Below, in pieces: positions 16,542 to 26,810 of a DNA stretch of 64,000 bases; the first letter of the stretch is position 1; each line of letters starts with the position of its first letter. The translations under genes and the position numbers were made by a program. The stretch lies in IMG/VR virus record IMGVR_UViG_3300033155_001835, positions 2,603-66,602 of that record; one strand, 5' to 3'. The notes under the pieces are model-generated. The model worked only from the letters and a program-made list of their open reading frames with translations, was not told the origin of the DNA and searched no databases. The DNA comes from a virus.

Positions 16542-17942
16542 ATGGCTTTCGACGAACTAAATAGGTATTCCCCAACCCATAAGGTTTGGGATCACGTAGG
16601 AAATATCATCCCGGATATCGAGCACTCCGAGGGTGAAAGACCAGCTCATGAATTCCACCCCGCAGCATGGCTGCCAGTACAGTTCTATGATAAGCATTAT
16701 GAGAACTGGATGGTTGTTATGCCAGGTAAGTGCCTTGCCCTAGACCCTGATGGCAATCTAATGTCAGGTGAATATGGTTTGACCGGCGCATCTGTAGTTT
16801 ATTCTGCTAGTGATGTTGGTGCAGGTACTATCGATGTTGCAACTGGTTTGCCAGTTACGACTGCTAAGACTGTTGTTCTTTCAAACCTTTCAGGTACTCT
16901 TGCTGGTACCGCAGCTACCGCAGGTACTGGTGGCGTAACTTCTGGTTTTATGGGTCGCGCAGGAGTAGATTTCGTTGACGGTACACAGAAGTACTTTGTT
17001 GGCGTAGCTCCATATGCATACCTACAGTGGGCTGGTGGAGACGGTTTCAACCCATCTCAGTATCAGCAACACAACTACAACATGCAGCACCAGGTTGCAG
17101 TTCTTTGCGACTATGTCATCAAGCTTCCTTTGATTCCAGCTCAGGCTGCATCAGAGGGTGTCGAAGTGGCTGTTGCAGTGCTTAACCTAGTCTTTGGTAC
17201 AGCTGATACGCATACCAGAGTTCAGGCTCAAGCTAATGCAGAGGGTCGTTACAACCCAACTACTGGTACTGTTCCAGTTTCTCTAACTGCTCCAGTTATT
17301 GCTCTTGCACTAGATAATGAGAACGTTGCTAAGAACACTGCACGTACTACCATTACTTTGCAAAGCACTAGTGCTTCTGATGATTTGTCTAGCATTTTGG
17401 TTACAGAGAAGGGTTCTGTTTCTGCGGTAACGCAGGCTGGCGACTTCTTCGTTGACTACCTTGTTGGTGTTATCTTCATCTACAGTGCAGATGGCGCAAC
17501 CATTCCACCTGTCATCACTGGCGCTGGTGGTACAGTTAGTATCACTTATTATCACACCAATGCTGCTCCTGCTGTTGTGAGCACCTTTGCTTCTGTTCTT
17601 GCTGAGGGTATTGTTCCTGGCGACTTCCTAAAAGTCGGCGCTGACTCTAACCTCGTTGTAGCAGCACCAGCCACCGATAACATCTGTGATATCGTTGGTC
17701 AGGTTCTAGCATTGGACAACAACTTCCCTAAGGACAGTCTTGAGCGTGTTAGGACTGCTTATAGTCCTGCAATCGGTACGAACCCTGCTGGTTCCATGGC
17801 TAATGCAGTTGCAGGTGGCCCAGCTACTAACCTCGGACAGATGGACCAGATGCCTGGTTCCGCAACGGGTGGATACCCAGACTTGCTTCACTATGCCGGT
17901 GGCGCTGATACGCTAGTCATCGTCAACTTGATTAGTCGATAA
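16542..17942 (+). CDS. Capsid decoration / minor head protein
   Basis: Strong AAGGAGG RBS; lies between scaffold and MCP; Ala/Gly/Thr/Val-rich; beta-tulip-like PGKCLALD and PGDFLKV..IVGQV segments. Confidence 0.7.
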   Translation: MAFDELNRYSPTHKVWDHVGNIIPDIEHSEGERPAHEFHPAAWLPVQFYDKHYENWMVVMPGKCLALDPDGNLMSGEYGLTGASVVYSASDVGAGTIDVATGLPVTTAKTVVLSNLSGTLAGTAATAGTGGVTSGFMGRAGVDFVDGTQKYFVGVAPYAYLQWAGGDGFNPSQYQQHNYNMQHQVAVLCDYVIKLPLIPAQAASEGVEVAVAVLNLVFGTADTHTRVQAQANAEGRYNPTTGTVPVSLTAPVIALALDNENVAKNTARTTITLQSTSASDDLSSILVTEKGSVSAVTQAGDFFVDYLVGVIFIYSADGATIPPVITGAGGTVSITYYHTNAAPAVVSTFASVLAEGIVPGDFLKVGADSNLVVAAPATDNICDIVGQVLALDNNFPKDSLERVRTAYSPAIGTNPAGSMANAVAGGPATNLGQMDQMPGSATGGYPDLLHYAGGADTLVIVNLISR

Positions 17943-17969
17943 CAACCAAATATAGGAGGAAAAGGAAAC

Positions 17970-19232
17970 ATGGAATTCAATCTCAAAGACGCTTCCCATG
18001 ACGAGTTTAGGTGGCTATGGGACAACAACGGAAGCTATGGTCCTGACAAGGACAACGTTGTTAAGCTTAAGGATGCTCTAAGCGTACCTAATGCTCCAAT
18101 GCTGTTCCCTAAGGTGATTCAGAATATCGTTAAGGAAGCTGCTGAGCCTCTATTGGTTGCTACTTCTTTGCTACAAAGAATCAACTATAGCTATGGACAG
18201 ACTATTACCTTCCCCGCAGTCGGTGCACTAGTTGCAGCAGACATCGCTGAAGGTCAAGAGTACCCAGAGCGTAGCCTCCAGATGGGAGGAGCAACTGTCA
18301 CGGCAACTATCGGTAAGTCCGGTCTTGCAGTGAAGGTAACGGATGAAATGATTCGTTACAGCCAGTTCGACGTAATTGGCATGCATCTCCGTGCTGCTGG
18401 TAGGGCTCTTGCAAGGCATAAGGAAGTTAAGTGCTTTAACTACATCCGTGCGATGGGTGTTACTGCATTCGATAACCTTGAGCCAAGCAACTCTGTGTTC
18501 GGTGTTACAACTGGACGCGACATGAATGGTGCTCCAAACGGTTCTGTTACTATGGATGATGTCTTCGACGCATTTGCTCAGGTCATTACTCAGGGTTTCA
18601 TGCCTAATACTCTCTTGATGCACCCTCTCACATGGACTATGTGGGTTAAGGACGCACAGCTCAGGGCATTTGTCCAGGCAAACGGTGGCGGAGTCTTCTT
18701 CGCTAACTGGACTGGCAACCCAATGGGTCGCGCTCCATGGGACAACAGTAATCAAGGTGGTCTAGGTACTGCTTCTGGTCAAATGCTTCTGCCAGGACAG
18801 AACTTGAGCGGTGGAGCTACACCTCATGGTCAGTCTGCTAGCCCACTATTGAACTACCCACAAACTCTAAATAGCGGTCCAGTGCTGCCGAGCTACATGA
18901 ACGTTCCGTTCCGTATTATCGTCAGCCCATATGTGCCTTACGATCCACGTCGTAGGCTCACGGACATCTATATGTTTGACGGTTCCGAGCTTGGCGTACT
19001 TATCGTAGATGAGGATGTCACCACGGAAGAGTGGGATGACCCAAAGGTAGATATCAGGAAGATCAAGCTGCGTGAGCGTTACGCAATTGGTATCCTGAAC
19101 GAGGGTCAGGGCATTGCTGTTATGCGCAACGTACATGTTGTACCTAACGACATCGTTCTACCTGCTCAGGCACAGGTTACGGTATCTGGTTCTATTCAGC
19201 CAATTCCACCTTCAACACCACTAAGCCTGTAA
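17970..19232 (+). CDS. Major capsid protein (HK97 fold)
   Basis: IAEGQEYPE, KSGLAVKVTDEMI, LLMHPLTW, IKLRERY; strong RBS; followed by a terminator. Confidence 0.92.
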   Translation: MEFNLKDASHDEFRWLWDNNGSYGPDKDNVVKLKDALSVPNAPMLFPKVIQNIVKEAAEPLLVATSLLQRINYSYGQTITFPAVGALVAADIAEGQEYPERSLQMGGATVTATIGKSGLAVKVTDEMIRYSQFDVIGMHLRAAGRALARHKEVKCFNYIRAMGVTAFDNLEPSNSVFGVTTGRDMNGAPNGSVTMDDVFDAFAQVITQGFMPNTLLMHPLTWTMWVKDAQLRAFVQANGGGVFFANWTGNPMGRAPWDNSNQGGLGTASGQMLLPGQNLSGGATPHGQSASPLLNYPQTLNSGPVLPSYMNVPFRIIVSPYVPYDPRRRLTDIYMFDGSELGVLIVDEDVTTEEWDDPKVDIRKIKLRERYAIGILNEGQGIAVMRNVHVVPNDIVLPAQAQVTVSGSIQPIPPSTPLSL

Positions 19233-19247
19233 TCTGAAGAACATAGA

Positions 19248-19277
19248 TTGACAAAGATAGCTCCAGGGACCTAAAAT
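19248..19277 (+). promoter_or_regulatory. Candidate sigma70-type promoter overlapping the terminator
   Basis: TTGACA (19248-19253), 18-bp spacer, TAAAAT (19272-19277). Confidence 0.5.
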
Positions 19278-19304
19278 GGTCCTTGGGGCTTTTCTTTTCT
19301 TTTT
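19259..19304 (+). terminator. Rho-independent terminator after MCP
   Basis: AGCTCCAGGGACC-TAAAAT-GGTCCTTGGGGCT hairpin followed by TTTCTTTTCTTTTT. Confidence 0.85.
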
Positions 19305-19320
19305 CAAACAGGAGTTATAA

Positions 19321-19998
19321 ATGCAGATCAAACTTAGTATGTTTGGACCACCAATGTGGTTTCTTGGTGATCCCAAGAACCTTACTGTCAACTTAAACTA
19401 TATGAATCCTGGACCAGTTGAACTAAACTTCGGTTCTCTTTCTACAGATGAACAACAGAAGGTTTTACAGAGTGTGCAGAATGGGCAACTGGAATGTGAT
19501 ATTACATATGCTCAACTCTATCAAGAATGGGCAACTAGTGGTCCTGCAATAGAGGTTCCTCAAGATCCACAAGTCGAAGCTATTCGTCAGCGAATAAGCG
19601 GCATGAGAGAACAACTAGAAACTGAGAGAAAAGTTAGAGAGAATAAAGACCAAGAGAAGTGTAGCTATTTGCTTAGCGGTAGTGTTCGTGCAATGAAGGC
19701 TGCTATTACTGGCATGAAAGACATCAAACTAGTACATAGGTTACTTGTTGAAGAGAAGGTGGGCAAGAAGAGAAAAGGAGTTGTTACAGCTCTAGAAAAG
19801 AAACAACATCAATTAGCACTTGCTGTACAAGCACGAGTAGCAAAAAAGATTAACTCAGCCACGAAGCTGCAGAACAAGACACGTATCCCTGGAGAGACAA
19901 TCAAATTCAATGTGGTAGAATCAGAGCAGGAATCTGTGGTTCTTACTCCAAGTGATTTAATTGCCGCAGCTACCGAGGAATCTGCAGGTGGTGAATGA
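19321..19998 (+). CDS. Hypothetical head-associated protein
   Basis: AGGAG RBS; helical; EKVGKKRKGVVTALEKK segment; follows the MCP. Confidence 0.75.
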   Translation: MQIKLSMFGPPMWFLGDPKNLTVNLNYMNPGPVELNFGSLSTDEQQKVLQSVQNGQLECDITYAQLYQEWATSGPAIEVPQDPQVEAIRQRISGMREQLETERKVRENKDQEKCSYLLSGSVRAMKAAITGMKDIKLVHRLLVEEKVGKKRKGVVTALEKKQHQLALAVQARVAKKINSATKLQNKTRIPGETIKFNVVESEQESVVLTPSDLIAAATEESAGGE

Positions 19999-20002
19999 GT
20001 AA

Positions 20003-21784
20003 TTGGCTAACATTGCAAACATTGTTGATCTAGTCCATCCAGCCGTATCTGGCCTTGGTGTCATTGTCACCGACCAGATTTGGGTTCTTTTTGATCGTGA
20101 GATTGATGAAACTACCGTCAATGGCGGTAACTTCTTTGTTTCTGGTCCTGATTTTGATAGTTGGTCTGGGCCTGATCTCCAACTATTCCTTGATGCAGAA
20201 CAGCTAGGTGACGAGGCAGAAGTCCTCCAGTCGCCTGGTTTCCATGGTTTAGTACAAGGTACGATGACCTTCGAGCGTCTTGCGACCGATTCACTCACAG
20301 TTGTGAGCGGTCTTGATACTGCAGGCTCTGGCCTACTTTATCGCTCTAAGGCAATCTTCACTCCGACCAATAGACTACAAGCTAATCACGAATATTCGGT
20401 TTACCTCTCAGGTGACGAGGATGATACTGATGCCTACCAAACCGGCCTCTCTTCTCGTACTGTATTTGACCCTGTTACTAGTGGTAGCAACACTGGTACA
20501 GGAGAGGTAGAGTTCGAAGGTGGTTATATTGGTAACGCTCCACTGGACACTTACCGTATTGAAATTACAACTAGTGGTGAGATAGGAACCTCTCGCTTTA
20601 GCTTTGTAAGAGACTTTGACCCTCTATCTGTCTACGGACCCTTTAGGACTAAAAAGAGCGGTGTGCTCCTGTCTGACGGCGTCACAGTGTACTTTGATGA
20701 TGGAGACTACCATATTGGAGATGCTTGGTCTGTTGTAACCAAAGAGAGAGATGTCTTTGAAGGCAATATGTACTGGCCGTTCCAAACTGGTAGTGGCAGC
20801 ATTACAGAGATTCCAACCACTACAGCTACATCTATTTTAGGTGATCCAGCTCCTGCTGCTTCTTCTAGTTCTTCTACTACATCTTTGAGTGTATCTTCCA
20901 CTGTACCTGCTGATGGTGCAAGCCACCTTACAGTTCCTGTTGGCGAGTACGACATCACTATCTCTTTTAATAACAACATCGATCCGTTAACGGTAGTTAG
21001 TGGAGTAGATTACAGTGTGTATACTGAGTCCGTAACAGGAGAAACTGATCTGCCAGCTTCTGGTACTTGCGTTGCTAGTGCTGCTGTAAGTGGTTCAGAC
21101 CTTACCCTTACTGTTGCTTCCGGCTATCTTCTTCGTAACAATCTCGTTACGGTTACACTGGATAGCACCATCGCTTCGACTGCTGGTACTGCTCTTGGTA
21201 CTGACTACGAATTTACTTTCACTACTGAATACTCTACGATGTATTGCACTCTGCGTAAGCTCAGGCTTATGGTTGGTGCTTACATTGGTAGCGTAGGAGA
21301 TGACACAGTTAATCTTGCTATCTTTGTAGCATCTAGAGAAGCTGACCTACTTACTTGGAACAAGGATACCCCAACTGACGAGTACTATATGTTTGCTCGT
21401 AGTCAGTGGACATGTTGTAGAGCTGCACAGATCCTGTTGATGAACACCATAGGTGGTTCAGGTGCGCTTAAGTCTAAGCGTCTTGGTGATTTAGCAGTTG
21501 AATATGACACCTCTTCAGATGTAAGTAAGCCTTTGAATAACGCAGAAGACTGCTTGCTCAGATGGGAGGGCGCTCTAGCCGCAGGTGGGCGTCAAGTTCA
21601 GACACCAATGATGACAGTCAAAGGTCAATACGATATAGATAGGCATCCGGTTGGTCGTGGTTGGTTGCATACTCGTGATGTTCACAATACTCAGACTCCA
21701 GCAGCTAACAAGAGACTCCGTCTGTGGAATTCTAGACGTTACAGAAACATTCATTCTCGCCGCCGTGGGTGGTGGGAAAGGTAA
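20003..21784 (+). CDS. Head-tail adaptor with N-terminal Ig-like domains
   Basis: Ig-like patterns (VHPA..IWVLFDREIDETTV; STVPADGA..ISFNNNIDPLTV..YEFTFTT). C-terminal YCTL..SKRLGDLAVEY is typical of head-completion proteins. Confidence 0.65.
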   Translation: MANIANIVDLVHPAVSGLGVIVTDQIWVLFDREIDETTVNGGNFFVSGPDFDSWSGPDLQLFLDAEQLGDEAEVLQSPGFHGLVQGTMTFERLATDSLTVVSGLDTAGSGLLYRSKAIFTPTNRLQANHEYSVYLSGDEDDTDAYQTGLSSRTVFDPVTSGSNTGTGEVEFEGGYIGNAPLDTYRIEITTSGEIGTSRFSFVRDFDPLSVYGPFRTKKSGVLLSDGVTVYFDDGDYHIGDAWSVVTKERDVFEGNMYWPFQTGSGSITEIPTTTATSILGDPAPAASSSSSTTSLSVSSTVPADGASHLTVPVGEYDITISFNNNIDPLTVVSGVDYSVYTESVTGETDLPASGTCVASAAVSGSDLTLTVASGYLLRNNLVTVTLDSTIASTAGTALGTDYEFTFTTEYSTMYCTLRKLRLMVGAYIGSVGDDTVNLAIFVASREADLLTWNKDTPTDEYYMFARSQWTCCRAAQILLMNTIGGSGALKSKRLGDLAVEYDTSSDVSKPLNNAEDCLLRWEGALAAGGRQVQTPMMTVKGQYDIDRHPVGRGWLHTRDVHNTQTPAANKRLRLWNSRRYRNIHSRRRGWWER

Positions 21785-22383
21785 TGGCCAATAATTTCTA
21801 CGACACTGCAACCCCTTCAACCTCTTTCTATTCTGGATCCACAGGCACTGAGCCTGACATGCGAGCAGAACTAGCAAAGATGTTTGATGGTACTCATCCT
21901 GAAGTCGCTAAAAAACAATCAGGTATGCTTCGTCGTATGCGCCGTGATACCAATGGGAACAAGATTCTTTGTCCTTGTGTTGACTTTGTTACAAAAGAAC
22001 CTGATAAGGATCGCTTTTGTCCTGTTTGTTATGGAGAGGGGTTCTACTGGGACGAAGAGGCACTAGATATCTACAGGGTTGTAGAAGATTCAGATGTTGA
22101 CAACGCACTACGTGACCAGCTCAAGGAACCGGGCTTGCTGAACATAGCACTCGTGGTATTCTATATCCGTTACAACTCTAATATCACTAGAGATGACAAG
22201 ATAGTACAGTTGGTGCTTGACACAGAAGGGGATGCGGTAGAACCAGAACAACGCAGGGATATTTGGCGTATCAACATAGCATGGGACTTGCGGTGCGATA
22301 ACGGTAAGTTAGAGTACTGGAAAGTATTCACCCATCGTGAAGATGTACGTTACCTAAATGCCCCAAGTTATGGAGATATCTAA
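21784..22383 (+). CDS. Head closure / neck protein
   Basis: Start at ATG 21784 (TAATG coupling); CPC..CPVCYGEG; position in the neck module. Confidence 0.6.
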   Translation: MANNFYDTATPSTSFYSGSTGTEPDMRAELAKMFDGTHPEVAKKQSGMLRRMRRDTNGNKILCPCVDFVTKEPDKDRFCPVCYGEGFYWDEEALDIYRVVEDSDVDNALRDQLKEPGLLNIALVVFYIRYNSNITRDDKIVQLVLDTEGDAVEPEQRRDIWRINIAWDLRCDNGKLEYWKVFTHREDVRYLNAPSYGDI

Positions 22384-23135
22384 TGTCCCTTAAGCCAAAT
22401 ACTAACAATAACTCTGAACTGCGTACTGATCTGTTGCCTGAATCTCTCACTGAGACTCCTGATCAAATCAGAATTATTGCGCAACAAGAGTTCCAACGTG
22501 TTATTGAAGATGCAGAACAGATACCTTTAACTACAACTCCAAGACCTACTAAAAACATTGTAGAGGTTATGGAGCTAATAAGTAAAGCATTTATTGACTA
22601 TGAGACACGTACCAATGCAGCTGCTGAAGTACAAATTAGAGTGACTTATGAGAGACCTGATTTGAACATTGATTTAGAAACGATTTCAATGGAGCTAATC
22701 AAAAGAGATCCAGGAATGTTTGGTCGTGGAAGACCCGGTGGTAATAGTATTCAGAACAGACGACCTATACTACGTGAGATAATTAATGACCCAGACAACC
22801 CAGGATACAAAAGAGCAGTAATGGGGTTTTGGTATGACAATACATTGCAACTAACTTGTTGGGCTCGAACAGCTAAGACAGCAAATGAGCGTGCATTATG
22901 GCTCGAAGATGTAATGGAAGAGTATGCATGGTTCTTTGCTTATAGTGGCATCAACAGGCTCTTGTATGACGGTAGACGTTCTGAAGTTGTACACGATATT
23001 AGCAACAACAGGATCTATGGTAGACCTGTTAATTACTTTGTAAGAACTGAAAAGATTAGAAACGTAAGTCAAAAGACACTTGAACTGATTCAAATCAATA
23101 TGTCCAGCCTCGTTAACGAGGTTAACGTGACTTAA
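22383..23135 (+). CDS. Tail completion / terminator protein
   Basis: Directly precedes the sheath; LTCWART..ANERALWLED pattern. Confidence 0.6.
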   Translation: MSLKPNTNNNSELRTDLLPESLTETPDQIRIIAQQEFQRVIEDAEQIPLTTTPRPTKNIVEVMELISKAFIDYETRTNAAAEVQIRVTYERPDLNIDLETISMELIKRDPGMFGRGRPGGNSIQNRRPILREIINDPDNPGYKRAVMGFWYDNTLQLTCWARTAKTANERALWLEDVMEEYAWFFAYSGINRLLYDGRRSEVVHDISNNRIYGRPVNYFVRTEKIRNVSQKTLELIQINMSSLVNEVNVT

Positions 23136-23154
23136 ATCGAGGAGGCAGAATTTA

Positions 23155-25038
23155 ATGGCCTATGACAATTTGTCTGGAATCTTCCCTCTGTTGGTTGATG
23201 GTAACCTACAGATTTCAGCTGTTAATCAAAATCCAGTAGTTTGTGTAATCGGTACGGCAAGCCGTGGCGATAGTGAGTCTCTATATGCAGTAGCTGGTGT
23301 TTCACAGTCAGCTTCAGACTTCGGTCGTGCTGACGGTAGTCTAATCCGTGGTCTTTATGAGGCCGTTGCAGGTGGAGCACAGAACATCCGTTTGCTCCGT
23401 ATTGGTGCTAAACCAGCCATTTTGTCTGGTTTCGGTGATAGTTTGACTGTCACTACTAACTCTAAGGACGCAGGTGCAGGTGCAGAATTCCTTATTTATT
23501 GGGATGACACTGCACTCAGACTACGCATTTGGCGAGCATCTGATGACCTACTAGTTTACGACAATAACCCAGTTTATCCTTCTGCAGCTATTGATGAGAA
23601 CATCATCTCTGTCACTGGTACAGCAGTTACTGGCAGTGGTGATATTGGTACTCTGCTAGCACCTCTCACTCTTGCAGACGCAGATGGTGTGAGTGCTGCA
23701 GTTTACACTGCTGGCGACGACGGTATCCTTTTGAGCCGTATGGAGCTTTTTGAGGCTCTATTTGTATCCTACAAGCTACTAGAGAATGAAGATCTAGATA
23801 TGATTCTTCCGCAGAACGCTTATGTCGATGACTCTAGTGTCACAGACATGACAACTGCTGAAGTCACTGCCCTAAACGTTGGTGCTCCATGGGCTGCTAG
23901 CTCTGTTTACCCAACTCCAGGTACTTTCTTTGACACTCTTGGCGAGTGTTTTGCTCAAGAGTATCTAGGCGAATGGCACTTTTGGTGGGACCTAGACAGA
24001 GATGGCGTTGCAGAGGTCTTCCCTAATGTTGGTTCTTCTAGTGCAAGTCTAGACGCATTTGGTAATGCTCTTGATGCTTCTGATTTCCATGAGGCTAACT
24101 TCGCTTACCAGCTAGCAGACTTCTGTTTCCGTCAGTCCGAGGACAACGCAGAAATGCTTGGTACTGTTGGCATGCTACCTCCTCTTTCTTGGTCCCTCAA
24201 GGATGTTAGCAATTGGGTCGGTCGCGTTCCAACTCTTACCACAGATAGCGCAGGTAACTCTGTTATCGCACTAGGTGGTAACGGTACTGGTCTACTTGGA
24301 AACAAGTGGATGGCAGGTCGTCTTGGTGTTGGTGGCACTGGTCTCCCAGGTCACACCATTAATGGTATTGATGGTATGGCAGAGGGTGGCTTTATTGCTA
24401 CTGACTCTGGTTGGCCAGATGGTTCTCAGGAGAAGGATGTAAATGATCACCTAGTAGACATCGGTAAGTACATTTCTGTTGTCGGTGGTCAGGCTATCCT
24501 GTCTAACAACAGTAATCCAACTGCATATGCTGCAACAGCAGCTAACGTATATGGCGGCTTTGTTTCTTCATTGCCTGGTAACAGCGCACCAACAAACAAG
24601 GTACAGCCTGGCGTAAGACTGCCTTTCCGTATCAGTGTAGCCAAGCTAGACCTGCTTGCAGGTGCAGGCTACGTCATGCTTCAGCAGAAGCCAAAGGGTA
24701 TCGTTGTAAGTGATGCTCCAACCGCTACTCGTTCTGACAGCGACTATAAGCGTCTAACCACAATGAGAATTGTGAAGGCATCTATTGACGGAGTGCGTGC
24801 CGCAGGTGAACCTTACATTGGTGAACCAATCACCGGACCACGTCTTGCAGCTCTAGAAACTGCTATCCAGCAGATTCTGGTTAAGCTACAGAAGGCAGAG
24901 TTCTTGAACAGGTTTGAGGTTGCTGTTACTTCAACGCCATCTCAACGTGTCCAGGGACAGGCTAATGTAGAACTACTGCTTGTACCAGCATTCGAGTTGC
25001 GCCAGATCACGGTCACTGTAGCTCTTGCTGCACAATAA
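23155..25038 (+). CDS. Contractile tail sheath protein
   Basis: VIGTASRG N-terminus, SAPTNK, RLTTMRIV, C-terminal LVPAFELRQITVTV. Confidence 0.9.
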   Translation: MAYDNLSGIFPLLVDGNLQISAVNQNPVVCVIGTASRGDSESLYAVAGVSQSASDFGRADGSLIRGLYEAVAGGAQNIRLLRIGAKPAILSGFGDSLTVTTNSKDAGAGAEFLIYWDDTALRLRIWRASDDLLVYDNNPVYPSAAIDENIISVTGTAVTGSGDIGTLLAPLTLADADGVSAAVYTAGDDGILLSRMELFEALFVSYKLLENEDLDMILPQNAYVDDSSVTDMTTAEVTALNVGAPWAASSVYPTPGTFFDTLGECFAQEYLGEWHFWWDLDRDGVAEVFPNVGSSSASLDAFGNALDASDFHEANFAYQLADFCFRQSEDNAEMLGTVGMLPPLSWSLKDVSNWVGRVPTLTTDSAGNSVIALGGNGTGLLGNKWMAGRLGVGGTGLPGHTINGIDGMAEGGFIATDSGWPDGSQEKDVNDHLVDIGKYISVVGGQAILSNNSNPTAYAATAANVYGGFVSSLPGNSAPTNKVQPGVRLPFRISVAKLDLLAGAGYVMLQQKPKGIVVSDAPTATRSDSDYKRLTTMRIVKASIDGVRAAGEPYIGEPITGPRLAALETAIQQILVKLQKAEFLNRFEVAVTSTPSQRVQGQANVELLLVPAFELRQITVTVALAAQ

Positions 25039-25055
25039 TAGGAGGATTGAACTAA

Positions 25056-25736
25056 ATGGCCCCCGTTTCAAGTCCATATTCTAGGAGCTACAATAGCTTC
25101 AGCGGAGTCGATATTAAAGGCGTCTTCGCAAACAAAGTCATCGCGTCTCTGCAGGCTATCAGCTACAGTATCACGCGCGAAAAGGCACCTATTTACACAA
25201 TGGGTTCTGCTGATCCTCGTTCTTTCTCAAGAGGTAAGCGTGGTATCGCTGGCACACTAGTGTTTGTCGTGTTTGATCGTCATGTATTGCTATCAGAACT
25301 TGGTGGCTATGCTACAGGCGGGGGACTTCGTTTCCAGTCTGACATCGACGACATTCGTCCTGAGTTTAAGGTGAAGGCGTCCCTACAGTCTAACCTTACC
25401 TCTACCAGCGGCGTAACACCTGCTGATACTGTAGACTCGCAAGAGAGCAACATTGCTACTGTTGGTGGCGATCAAGAGGTTGCTGGAGCCTGGTATACTG
25501 ACCAGATTCCTCCTTTTGATGTCACTCTAGCAGCAGCTAATGAGTATGGCGCTCTTGCAGTTATGAGGATCTTCGGCGTGGAACTGCTTAACGAAGGCTA
25601 CGGTGTTTCTATTGATGATATCGTGTCTGAGCAACAGCATACCTATGTTGCACGTCAGATCATCGGTTGGCAGCCAGTTGCTAGTAAGAATGCAGATCTG
25701 ATTGCTAATCAGGGTGGAGTTTCTACTGGCGCGTAA
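25056..25736 (+). CDS. Tail tube protein
   Basis: Follows the sheath; SFSGVDI, ISYSITREKAPIYTMG..RGKRGIAGTLVF, DQIPPFDV; followed by a terminator. Confidence 0.85.
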   Translation: MAPVSSPYSRSYNSFSGVDIKGVFANKVIASLQAISYSITREKAPIYTMGSADPRSFSRGKRGIAGTLVFVVFDRHVLLSELGGYATGGGLRFQSDIDDIRPEFKVKASLQSNLTSTSGVTPADTVDSQESNIATVGGDQEVAGAWYTDQIPPFDVTLAAANEYGALAVMRIFGVELLNEGYGVSIDDIVSEQQHTYVARQIIGWQPVASKNADLIANQGGVSTGA

Positions 25737-25785
25737 TCACTAGTTGCGCTACACTAGTTATGACATCAGCACAAGTATTGGGCAC

Positions 25786-25816
25786 AAGCCGTCCTTCGGG
25801 GCGGCTTTTGCTTTAC
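25786..25816 (+). terminator. Rho-independent terminator with UUCG tetraloop
   Basis: AAGCCGTCC-TTCG-GGGCGGCTT followed by TTGCTTTAC. Confidence 0.85.
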
Positions 25817-25844
25817 TTGACAGCGAATTCTTGACCGTTACCCT
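25817..25844 (+). promoter_or_regulatory. Candidate sigma70-type promoter
   Basis: TTGACA 25817-25822, 16-bp spacer, TACCCT 25839-25844, directly after the terminator. Confidence 0.35.
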
Positions 25845-25861
25845 ATGGGTAGGTGATTTGA

Positions 25862-26800
25862 ATGGCAGACCCACTACTCTATCCATGGCCAGAAGATGCT
25901 AATGCTCCCCAGCTTGCTGGGTCAGTCTTTGTGAATAACACAAGCTATTCTGGTTGTGACATTAAAGTAGTAGTCAATCTGTATGACCAGGGTGTTGGGA
26001 TCCAAAAGCAGATAACAGATTTGAGAGATCAGCTGAAGTCAGACCAGACAGAGCTAGATAAGGTAGAGACTAATATAAGAAAGCGTGAGATCACGGCATT
26101 CAGTTCTAAACCTGGTACACAGGGCTTTCATCGAGCAATGTCTTCAAGAGCATCCTTAGTTGCTCGTCAGGCTCGCTTAAAGGATTCGATTGTTTCAACA
26201 GAAGACCGTCTGAAGACGCTTAATCTACAAGCCCCTAATTTATCTACTAAAACTCTTGCTGAGGCACAGACCCTTGCCATCTCTATCTACCGTGATAAAC
26301 AGGCTGTGCGTGCTTGTGGTACTGTATATCCCAAGGCTTTTACACGTGGACCTCGTGAGATTGCAGGCTCTATTATCTTCACGGTTTTCAATGAGCACGT
26401 CATGCACCGCTTCCTAGAAGCACACGCTACAGACTTTGATGCTGTACGATTCACTACTGCTATTCTAGACCAGCTTCCTCCAGTCGATATCACTGTTTCG
26501 TTTGCTAATGAGTTCGGCGCTGTATCCCGCATGGCTCTGTATGGTGTTGAATTTTTGACAGAAGGACAGACAATGTCTATCGAAGACTTGTTAACTGAAA
26601 ACGTGGTTAGCTTTGTAGCTAGAGACTTCGACCCAATGAGAGCTGTTGGACAGCGTAAGATAGACGAAAGCAGTTATATGTTACAACAGCAGATGGGTAA
26701 GAAGGCAAGTGATCTCATTCTAGAGGAAGATCACCAGGCATTTACTCAAGCGCTAGACCCATTTGAACGTTTCAGCCGTAGACGTAATCCATTTGTATAG
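25862..26800 (+). CDS. Tail tube paralog (tube initiator-like) with coiled-coil insertion
   Basis: SYSGCDI, RGPREIAGSIIF, DQLPPVDI, ANEFG match the tube; about 80-aa helical insertion. Confidence 0.75.
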   Translation: MADPLLYPWPEDANAPQLAGSVFVNNTSYSGCDIKVVVNLYDQGVGIQKQITDLRDQLKSDQTELDKVETNIRKREITAFSSKPGTQGFHRAMSSRASLVARQARLKDSIVSTEDRLKTLNLQAPNLSTKTLAEAQTLAISIYRDKQAVRACGTVYPKAFTRGPREIAGSIIFTVFNEHVMHRFLEAHATDFDAVRFTTAILDQLPPVDITVSFANEFGAVSRMALYGVEFLTEGQTMSIEDLLTENVVSFVARDFDPMRAVGQRKIDESSYMLQQQMGKKASDLILEEDHQAFTQALDPFERFSRRRNPFV

Positions 26801-26810
26801 GAGTGACTAA

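Noticed and set aside
25739-25758. ACTAGT-N8-ACTAGT after the tube stop codon
   Set aside because: Single short occurrence; could be an operator or small hairpin but is unsupported.
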